In this document: positions 1 through 6,919 of the stretch, piece by piece
Numbering within the stretch: the stretch's first letter is position 1
Layout of the letters: the number at the start of each line of letters is the position of its first letter
Origin: Acidobacteriota bacterium
GTDB lineage: Bacteria > Acidobacteriota > Aminicenantia > Aminicenantales > Aminicenantaceae
NCBI GenBank assembly: GCA_030669585.1
Contig: DAOVDI010000001.1
Span: 994 to 64,993 of the forward strand
DNA: 64,000 nt
Reading direction: 5' to 3'
Made by a program: the position numbers and the translations under genes
The notes under the pieces: generated by a model
Told to the model about the DNA's origin: nothing
The model's input: the letters and a program-made list of their open reading frames with translations, nothing else
Database searches by the model: none

Positions 1-539
1 TTAACTAGTCCGATCCTGTGAGCCTCTTCCGCATTAATGGTCCTTCCTGTAAGAATGAGCTCCATTGCTATTCCTTTACCGACCAGCCGGGCCAGTCTCT
101 GAGTACCGCCGAATCCGGGAATCAATCCTAATTTGACTTCGGGCTGTCCCATCATGGCATTGTCCGAGGCGAAACGGAAATGACATGCAAGGGCTAATTC
201 CGTACCACCTCCAAGTGCATAACCATTGACAGCGGCTATAACAGGTTTCTTAAAATTCTCTATGATCTGTGTAACCTCCTGGCCTTTTATCACATAATCC
301 CTGCCGCTTTGCTCATCGAACCCCGCCAGTTCCTTGATATCAGCACCTGCGACGAATGCCTTCTCCCCTGAACCGGTCAATATCACGACCTTGACATCCG
401 CATCGGTCTGAAAAACAGTAAAGGCATCTTTCAGTTCCTCAACAGTTTTAATATTCAATGCATTTAATTTGTCAGGACGGTTGATGACGATCCATCCGAT
501 CCCGTTGTCTTTTTTTATTTTCAGATTCTCATAATTCAT
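1..539 (-). CDS. Enoyl-CoA hydratase/crotonase family protein, partial. The C-terminus runs off the window start. Start ATG is at 539..537.
   Basis: Manual reverse-strand translation gives MNYENLKIKKDNGIGWIVINRPDKLNALN...AAVNGYALGGGTELALACHFRFAS...GLIPGFGGTQRLARLVG, the classic crotonase fold signature. The ORF track does not list it because it is truncated by the window edge. Confidence 0.85.
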   Translation of the reverse strand, partial: MNYENLKIKKDNGIGWIVINRPDKLNALNIKTVEELKDAFTVFQTDADVKVVILTGSGEKAFVAGADIKELAGFDEQSGRDYVIKGQEVTQIIENFKKPVIAAVNGYALGGGTELALACHFRFASDNAMMGQPEVKLGLIPGFGGTQRLARLVGKGIAMELILTGRTINAEEAHRIGLV

Positions 540-559
540 GTGGTCTCCTCTCACCGCTA

Positions 560-1681
560 TTAAGTCAACGATTTTTCGTAGATGCGGTATTTTTTATAGA
601 CATTTCCTCCCAGAGTTTTCGAAAAATGAAGGACCGCTTCATTGTCCTCCAGCTGCCATGAGGGCTCAAACCATTCGTACCCAGCCTCAAGACCATACTT
701 TTCCATATTTGAATAGATCAGATAACTGATGCCGGTGTTTCTATATTCCTTCAAAACTCCGAAGACCAGAGCACGCACTCCTTTGATCTTTTTTTTCAGC
801 AGCAGAAATTTAATGATTCCGAAGGGAAACAACCGGCCGTTCATCTTTTTGAAGATCTCATTGTAATTGGGAAGCCCGAATCCAAATCCGACCGGCCGCC
901 CCTTATCCTCAGCAAAAACAATCAATCCGGGATCCGCAAACCGTTTCAGGTTCTTTGCCATATGGTCCATCTCTGCCTTTGTCCATGCAACAAACCCCCA
1001 GTTGTCCTTCCATGCCTCATTATAGATATAAGCAATACTCTTTGTCTCTTTGGTAATATTCTTTAAATCCACGTTCCTGAGCGTGACAGATGTTTTATCT
1101 TCTATTCTCCGGATTATCGAACGCACCTTTCCTTTAGCCAAGAAATCCTTTTTCACAAGAAATGCAAAAAGATCCTTGGCTTTGACCATGCCGTATTTAT
1201 CCATCAGGTTCAGATAATAGGGTGGATTATAAGACATCATAATTGTAGGAGGGGAATCAAAACCCTCGATAAGGAAGGCACATTCATCATTCATAGAGAG
1301 ATTCACAGGCCCACGCAGTACAGTCATGCCCCGCTCAATTCCCCAGGCCTTTACATGATCCAGCAGGTTCTTTGCTGCCTCAAAATCATCTATGCATTCG
1401 AACATTCCGAAAAAAATGATCCTCTCGTCATGCGTATTGTTATGGTTCTCGTTGATGACAGCAGCTATTCGTCCTGCGAGTTTTCCGTTCTTATACGCCA
1501 GAAAAAGTTCCATCTCTGCATGCTCAAAGAAAGGATTTCTTTTCCTATTAAGTTTATCCCTTACCTCCATAAGCAGAGGTGGAACCCAATTGGGATCATC
1601 CTTATATATTTTCCAGGGAAACATGATGAATGCTTTTAAAGCCTTTTTTGTATTTACAGTTTCAATACAAATATCACTCAC
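560..1681 (-). CDS. Hypothetical protein, acyl-CoA N-acyltransferase (GNAT/FemAB-like) superfamily candidate
   Basis: 373-aa ORF with good coding character. Weak GNAT-like C-terminal features and no precise family recognised. Confidence 0.4.
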   Translation of the reverse strand: MSDICIETVNTKKALKAFIMFPWKIYKDDPNWVPPLLMEVRDKLNRKRNPFFEHAEMELFLAYKNGKLAGRIAAVINENHNNTHDERIIFFGMFECIDDFEAAKNLLDHVKAWGIERGMTVLRGPVNLSMNDECAFLIEGFDSPPTIMMSYNPPYYLNLMDKYGMVKAKDLFAFLVKKDFLAKGKVRSIIRRIEDKTSVTLRNVDLKNITKETKSIAYIYNEAWKDNWGFVAWTKAEMDHMAKNLKRFADPGLIVFAEDKGRPVGFGFGLPNYNEIFKKMNGRLFPFGIIKFLLLKKKIKGVRALVFGVLKEYRNTGISYLIYSNMEKYGLEAGYEWFEPSWQLEDNEAVLHFSKTLGGNVYKKYRIYEKSLT

Positions 1682-1758
1682 TTTTTTTCCTCCGGAAATG
1701 TTTTTTTATTTTATCAGAATATCACTCAAAAAGTCTATCGCCGTTTGTAAGGGAAAAC

Positions 1759-1808
1759 AGTCTATAGAAGTCCATAGAGGTCTATCGGAGTCTATAGAAG
1801 TCGAGAAA
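1759..1808. repeat. Tandem array of five 10-bp units, consensus RAGTCYATNG (copy 1)
   Basis: cagtctatag/aagtccatag/aggtctatcg/gagtctatag/aagtcgagaa. The period is exactly 10 bp. Confidence 0.8.
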
Positions 1809-1866
1809 TTCAAATAAGTTTATTGAGTTTGGTTCGTTTCACTCGCCTGCGAGAAATAACGGGAAG

Positions 1867-1916
1867 AGTCTATAGAAGTCTGTAGGAGTCCATAGGAGTC
1901 TATTGAAGTCGAAATA
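1867..1916. repeat. Tandem array of five 10-bp units, consensus RAGTCYATNG (copy 2)
   Basis: gagtctatag/aagtctgtag/gagtccatag/gagtctattg/aagtcgaaat. It lies 58 bp downstream of copy 1. Confidence 0.8.
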
Positions 1917-1949
1917 AGAAAAGAGGCCAAAGGTGAAAGCCAGACGTCG

Positions 1950-1967
1950 TTCCCACGAAAGTGGGAA
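1950..1967. repeat. Hairpin module TTCCCAC-GAAA-GTGGGAA
   Basis: Perfect 7-bp stem with a GAAA tetraloop inside the repeat complex. Confidence 0.6.
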
Positions 1968-2040
1968 TCCAGTTTATTGGGTTCGTTGGGTTATTTTAAT
2001 AATATCTAACTCAACAAATTCAATGAGCTCAAAGAACTGG

Positions 2041-2060
2041 ATTCCCGTTTGCACGGGAAT
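2041..2060. repeat. Hairpin module ATTCCCGT-TTGC-ACGGGAAT, REP-like
   Basis: Perfect 8-bp stem. The same module occurs at 46819-46838 and, with compensatory changes, at 61793-61812. Confidence 0.7.
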
Positions 2061-2164
2061 GACGGAGAAGCGAATGCACTTATTAAGTCGTTAGAAAAAA
2101 AAGCACTTGAATCCTCGAACCCTATCTTCTTTTCACTTGAATCCTTGAACCCTTTACATCAACT

Positions 2165-2216
2165 ACTGGATTATATATAAGAAGTTATGTTAGGTTATCG
2201 GCAGTTTTTATGAATA
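2165..2216 (+). repeat. 52-bp perfect direct repeat, copy 1. It is part of a tandem duplication of about 312 bp.
   Basis: actggattatatataagaagttatgttaggttatcggcagtttttatgaata is identical to 2477-2528. The similarity extends about 40 bp further upstream as a near-match. Confidence 0.9.
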
Positions 2217-2229
2217 GCGCAACTAACCT

Positions 2230-2350
2230 GGATTATTCACGGGTCGAGATTGGTGCAGATGTAAGGCATGGCGGGTGAAGCTGTGGTTATCCACCGCAAA
2301 CCCGTCATAACGCAGCAGATGTGCCGAGATTCGGCCCGCCTGAAAGGGAA
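2230..2350. ncRNA. Structured-RNA-like repeat module, copy A. Candidate ncRNA, function unknown.
   Basis: Shares an outer stem (CGGGTCGAGATT / AAGATCGGCCCG) and an inner stem-loop around GTGAAGCTGT with the copies at 46888-47005 and 47078-47182. Stems differ between copies by compensatory substitutions. Confidence 0.35.
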
Positions 2351-2476
2351 AAAATGCCGATAATAAAAATAGTATTAAAGGATTCGAGGGGTCGAGTGAA
2401 AAGAAAAAATATAAGAGTTTAATTAAAAGCACTTGAATCCTTGGACCCTTGAATCCTCGAACCCTTTGCTTCAAAT

Positions 2477-2528
2477 ACTGGATTATATATAAGAAGTTAT
2501 GTTAGGTTATCGGCAGTTTTTATGAATA
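2477..2528 (+). repeat. 52-bp perfect direct repeat, copy 2
   Basis: Identical to 2165-2216. Confidence 0.9.
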
Positions 2529-2542
2529 AAGCAGGATAGATA

Positions 2543-4267
2543 TTGCGGAGAAAGAACATGGAAAAAGAAAAAACAGAAAATAACGACAGCAAAACCCTGG
2601 ATTTTATCCGCACCATTGTCGAAGAAGATATTAAAAGCAGAAAACACAACTGCCGTATCCATACACGGTTCCCTCCCGAACCCAACGGGTATCTTCATAT
2701 CGGCCATGCCAAATCTATCTGCTTGAACTTCGGGATCGCAGCCGAGTATAAAGGGCTGTGCAATCTGCGTTTTGACGACACCAATCCCACTAAAGAAGAA
2801 ATTGAATATGTGGATTCCATAAAAAAGGATATTCGCTGGCTTGGTTTTGATTGGGCTGACAGAGAATATTATGCATCCGATTATTACTAGCAGCTTTACG
2901 AATTTGCTCTCAGGCTCATTAAAAAAGGCAAGGCTTATGTATGCGATCTGAGTGCGGATGAGATCAGAAAGACCCGTGGAACTTTAACAAAACCCGGGAC
3001 GGACAGTCCCTTTCGAAACCGCCCGGTCGAGGAAAATTTGGACCTCTTCAAAAGAATGAAGTCCGGGGAGTTCCCAGACGGCAGCCGTACGCTTCGGGCC
3101 AGGATCGATATGGCCTCTCCGAATCTCAACATGCGCGACCCTGTGATCTACCGGATCCTGAGAGCCACACACCACCGCACCAAAGACACCTGGTGCATCT
3201 ATCCCATGTACGATTATGCCCATCCTGTCTCTGATTCTCTGGAAAAGATCACCCATTCTCTATGCACCCTGGAGTTTGAAGACCACAGGCCCATATATAA
3301 CTGGTTCCTCGAAGAACTGGATATTTTTCGCTCCAGACAGATAGAGTTCGCGCGCCTCAACCTCACTTACACCATAATGAGCAAGCGAAAACTGCTTGAA
3401 CTGGTTAACCATGGATTCGTCAGCGGATGGGATGACCCGCGGATGCCGACCATATCCGGCCTGCGGCGGCGGGGATATTCACCAGCCGCCATCCGCGAAT
3501 TTTGCAAACGCATCGGTCTGGCCAAGCGGGAAAGTATGGTGGAGATCTCCCTTCTGGAATACTGTCTCCGGGAGGATATGAACAAACACGCACCCCGTAT
3601 TATGGCTGTTCTTCAGCCCCTGAAAGTGATCATTGACAACTATCCAGAAGACCGCGTTGAATGGCTGGATGCAGAAAATAATCCCGAAGACTCTTCCATG
3701 GGATCAAGAAAGCTGCCGTTCTCCCGGACCGTTTATATCGAGCAGGAGGATTTTCGCGAGGACCCGCCGAAAAAATTTTTCCGTCTGGCCCCCCGCCGCG
3801 AGATCCGGTTGAAACACGCCTATTACATCAAATGTGAAAAAGTGGTCAAGGATGAAAAAACCGGGGAAATCATTGAACTTCACTGCACCTATGACCCAAA
3901 ATCCCGGGGCGGATGGACAAATGACGGCCGGAAAGTACGTGGCACTTCACACTGGGTCTCTGCTGCGCACGCACTGCCTGCAGAAGTGCGGCTTTATACC
4001 CACCTGTTTATAAAAAAGGACACAGGAGAAGTGGAAGATGGAAAAGACTTTAAGGACTACATTAATCCCGAATCCCTTGAAATATTAAGAGATTGTCTGG
4101 TCGAACCCAGTCTGAAAGACGCTGAAACGGGAACAAAATACCAATTTCTCCGGCAGGGCTATTTCTGCGTTGACCCAGACTCCTCCAAAGATAAACTTGT
4201 GTTCAACAGGACTGTAACACTTAGAGACACCTGGGCAAAAATTCAAAGATCCATGTGTCTTTTTTGA
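2543..4267 (+). CDS. glnS: Glutaminyl-tRNA synthetase, interrupted by a single in-frame TAG at 2888-2890. Both flanks are in the same frame. It is either a pseudogene, an assembly error or a suppressed stop.
   Basis: ORFs 2543..2890 and 3038..4267 are in the same frame. Together they span a full-length GlnRS carrying the HIGH motif (PNGYLHIGH) and a well-conserved catalytic and anticodon-binding body. The TAG aligns with the Asp of E. coli ...SDYFDQLH... (ours ...SDYY*QLYEF...). Confidence 0.85.
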
Positions 4268-4336
4268 ACTGAAAAAAAACCGGGCGGAATTAATTTGATT
4301 TCATCAACTTAGACAGCCAATCCTTATAATTTTTTG

Positions 4337-4372
4337 ATTGACATCAGGAATTTTCAGGTGTTATTCTTTTAT
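4337..4372 (+). promoter_or_regulatory. Candidate sigma70-type promoter for the sensor kinase gene. TTGACA, a 17-bp spacer, then TTATTC.
   Basis: Consensus -35 hexamer with a weak -10, about 10 bp upstream of the ATG at 4376. Confidence 0.25.
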
Positions 4373-4375
4373 TAA

Positions 4376-6328
4376 ATGAATGAAAAAAAAAGAAAAATTC
4401 TGATAGTCGAAGACGAACTAATAATCGCCAACGATCTGAAGTTAGTATTGTCCGGATTGGGGTATGAAATATCTTCGGTTGCCGCTACAGCGGAGGAAGC
4501 CATAAACGCAGTGGAAAAAAACCGGCCGGATCTCGTACTGATGGACATTGTTCTCAAAGGGGAAAAAGACGGCATTGAAACGGCCGAAGTAATCATTTTG
4601 CGTTTTGATATTCCTGTCGTATATTTAACGGCTTTTTCAAATCAAAACGTGCTGGACAGGGCAAAAAAAACCAGACCTTATGGATTTATTGCCAAACCAG
4701 TTGATAGAGAAACTCTTCATACGACTATCGAAGTAGCCATAAGCAAACATGAAGCGGAAAAACTGCTAAAGAAAAGTGAAGAGAAATACCGTCTTCTCTA
4801 TACTTCAATGAATGAGGGATTCAGCCTGAATGAATTAGTGTTTGATGAATCCGGGAAGGCTGTTGACTACAGGATATTGGATGCAAATCCGGCATTTCAG
4901 AGGATAACCGGACTGAAGGGAAAAACAATTCTGGGGAAAAAGGCATCTGAACTGTACGGTCAGGAAAAGCCTTTATTTCTGGAAATATATGCCAGAGTAT
5001 CTTCATCCGGAAAACCCGAATCGTTTGATGCCAATTTCCCAAAAATTGATAAATACATCAATTTTTCTGTTTTCTCTCCCACAGAGGGAAAGTTTGCGGT
5101 TTTGATGGCAGACATCACCACCCGGAAAAAAGCCAACCAGGCTAAAAACACATTTCTTGCCAATGTATCCAATGAAATACGCACCCCAATGAATGCTATT
5201 ATGGGCTTTTTGCAACTTCTGAATGATACCGCCCTGGATAAAGTGCAGAAAGGCTATGTGAACACAATCATTAATAGCGGCAATATCCTACTTACCCTTA
5301 TCAATGATATTTTGGATTTATCAAAAATGAAATTAGAAAAGATTACCCTGGAATCTATAAATTTCGACCTGGAAACTCTTATAAAAAGTATGGTCAAGAT
5401 CATAAGTTCAAAAATCGCGGGAAAAAAAATCAAGCTTAATTACAGGCTGGAAGAAGGCCTTCCGAAGAGATTTAAAGGCGATCCAACACGTATTAGACAG
5501 ATATTACTTAATCTGCTCAGCAATGCCGTAAAGTTTACCAGGGAAGGAGAGATCCTGGTAACTGCAAGACCGGCAAAAAGAGAAGAGAAGCAGCCCCTAT
5601 CAGGAAATAATATGTGGGTTGTAGAATTTTCCATAAAAGACACGGGCATCGGAATTGCAAAAGACAAACAGAAGATAATATTTGATGCCTTTTCCCAGGC
5701 CGATACTTCCACTTCCATAAAATATATGGGTATGGGCCTAGGCCTGGCTATATCGCGGGCACTGGTTAAAGAAATGGGCGGAGATATCCGGGTTGAATCC
5801 GAAGTTGGGAAGGGCAGCGATTTTGTTTTTACTCTACTATTAAAGGAAGCTTCGCCCATTTCGCAGGTGGATATAACCCCAGTCGAACTAACAAAACTGA
5901 AAGACAAAAAAATCCTTATTGTTGATGACAATAAATATTCCCGGCAGTTGTATGCCGAATACTGCAAAAGTTTTGGTATAAAAGACCTCCATGAAACTTC
6001 TTCGGCTGCAAAGGCATTGGAATGGCTGAAGGTGCAGGCTAAGCTGCCGGATCTGATGCTTATTGACATAATGATGCCTGAGATAGACGGGTACGAATTT
6101 GCCGGGATCATCAGAAGCGAAAACAGGTTCATGCCCATTAAACTGCTGGCAATGGATTCTGAGGCCGGACCAGGCTCAGCAAAAAAAACAAAGGAACATT
6201 TTTATGACGCATATTTAGCCAAGCCAGTTAATAAAGACGACCTCTTAATGGTTATCCAGACAACATTAGGCGACAAACGGAAAGAAGGCCAGATAATAAC
6301 CAAGCATATGGCCAGAGAATACTCTTAA
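4376..6328 (+). CDS. Hybrid sensor histidine kinase/response regulator. Domain order is REC, PAS, HisKA, HATPase_c, REC.
   Basis: N-terminal receiver (ILIVEDE...DLVLMDI), H-box (NEIRTPMNAIMGF), ATPase G-boxes (DTGIGI, GMGLGLAI) and a C-terminal receiver (ILIVDDN...LMLIDIMMPEIDG). Confidence 0.9.
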   Translation: MNEKKRKILIVEDELIIANDLKLVLSGLGYEISSVAATAEEAINAVEKNRPDLVLMDIVLKGEKDGIETAEVIILRFDIPVVYLTAFSNQNVLDRAKKTRPYGFIAKPVDRETLHTTIEVAISKHEAEKLLKKSEEKYRLLYTSMNEGFSLNELVFDESGKAVDYRILDANPAFQRITGLKGKTILGKKASELYGQEKPLFLEIYARVSSSGKPESFDANFPKIDKYINFSVFSPTEGKFAVLMADITTRKKANQAKNTFLANVSNEIRTPMNAIMGFLQLLNDTALDKVQKGYVNTIINSGNILLTLINDILDLSKMKLEKITLESINFDLETLIKSMVKIISSKIAGKKIKLNYRLEEGLPKRFKGDPTRIRQILLNLLSNAVKFTREGEILVTARPAKREEKQPLSGNNMWVVEFSIKDTGIGIAKDKQKIIFDAFSQADTSTSIKYMGMGLGLAISRALVKEMGGDIRVESEVGKGSDFVFTLLLKEASPISQVDITPVELTKLKDKKILIVDDNKYSRQLYAEYCKSFGIKDLHETSSAAKALEWLKVQAKLPDLMLIDIMMPEIDGYEFAGIIRSENRFMPIKLLAMDSEAGPGSAKKTKEHFYDAYLAKPVNKDDLLMVIQTTLGDKRKEGQIITKHMAREYS

Positions 6329-6331
6329 AAA

Positions 6332-6913
6332 ATGAGTTTAAAACCTGAAGAAGTCATTAAGATATTCAAAGATACGGGCGCATTGCTGGAAGGACATTTC
6401 AAGCTGACTTCCGGACTTCACAGCGCGACATATTTCCAGTGCGCCAAGGTCCTCCAGTATCCATGGCATGCGGAAACTTTATGCCGGGAGATCGCAGAAC
6501 ATTTCAAAAATACCAACATCGAAACTGTTGTTTCGCCGGCAGTCGGAGGAATCGTTTTCGGCCAGGAAATCGCCAGATTATTGGGTGTGCGCGCTATTTT
6601 CGCCGAGAGGGTCGAAAAGCAGATGACCCTTAGGCGTGGATTCGACATTTCTCCCGGCGAGAGGATCCTTCTCGCAGAGGACGTAACAACAACAGGCGGC
6701 TCAGTTAAAGAGGTTATGTCCCTGGCCCAGGAGCGCGGCGCAGAGATCGCAGCCGTCACCTCGGTTGTTGACAGGAGCGGAGGCCAGGCTCAGTTCGGAG
6801 TTCCTTACTTCTCTCTATTCCAGATGGATGTCACCAACTATGACCCTGAAAACTGCCCTATGTGTAAAGCAGGAAGCCAGGCAGTCAAGCCTGGCAGCCG
6901 TGGATTGAAGTAA
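6332..6913 (+). CDS. pyrE: Orotate phosphoribosyltransferase, short Gram-positive/archaeal type
   Basis: PRPP-binding motif ILLAEDVTTTGGS, about 190 aa. Confidence 0.75.
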   Translation: MSLKPEEVIKIFKDTGALLEGHFKLTSGLHSATYFQCAKVLQYPWHAETLCREIAEHFKNTNIETVVSPAVGGIVFGQEIARLLGVRAIFAERVEKQMTLRRGFDISPGERILLAEDVTTTGGSVKEVMSLAQERGAEIAAVTSVVDRSGGQAQFGVPYFSLFQMDVTNYDPENCPMCKAGSQAVKPGSRGLK

Positions 6914-6919
6914 CAAATA

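Larger units (their letters stand above)
1690..2540. repeat. Mosaic intergenic repeat complex. Contains decamer arrays, GAAA and TTGC hairpins, a long imperfect dyad, the GCACTTGAATCCTCGAACCCT modules and a structured module. Members of the same family recur near 8706-8760, 26277-26325, 46671-47185, 58296-58335, 61793-61812 and 63965-64000.
   Basis: Direct sequence comparison between the loci shows shared modules in both orientations. Confidence 0.8.

Noticed and set aside
1759-1916. CRISPR array interpretation of the short tandem repeats
   Set aside because: Units are 10 bp and contiguous with no spacers, which is far below CRISPR repeat and spacer sizes. No cas genes are present in the window.
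2100-2160. tRNA or tRNA-derived element suggested by GGTTCGAGGATTC (reverse complement of the GAATCCTCGAACCC module)
   Set aside because: It resembles a T-loop (GGTTCGAATCC) only superficially. There is no acceptor or anticodon arm geometry, and the module occurs many times in both orientations.
1355-2474. ORFs 1355..1639(+), 1392..1817(+) and 2223..2474(-) from the six-frame track
   Set aside because: They overlap the well-supported minus-strand gene at 560..1681 or lie wholly within repeat DNA. Their translations are low-complexity or repeat-derived (for example SIEVHRGLSESIEVEKFK).
2888-2890. Genome-wide reassignment of TAG to a sense codon as the explanation for the interrupted glnS
   Set aside because: TAG terminates ackA (61789-61791), the M29 aminopeptidase (41907-41909) and the ORF at 15538-15540 exactly where the homologous proteins end. 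TAG is therefore a functional stop in this genome.
4268-4375. Rho-independent terminator after glnS
   Set aside because: There is an A-run and a short GC patch (AAAAAAAACCGGGCGG), but no convincing stem-loop followed by a U-tract.
6418-6759. Antisense ORFs inside pyrE, aor, the sensor kinase and other genes (many 60-230-aa entries in the track)
   Set aside because: They lie opposite or within strongly supported genes and have biased or low-complexity translations. They are treated as non-coding shadows.
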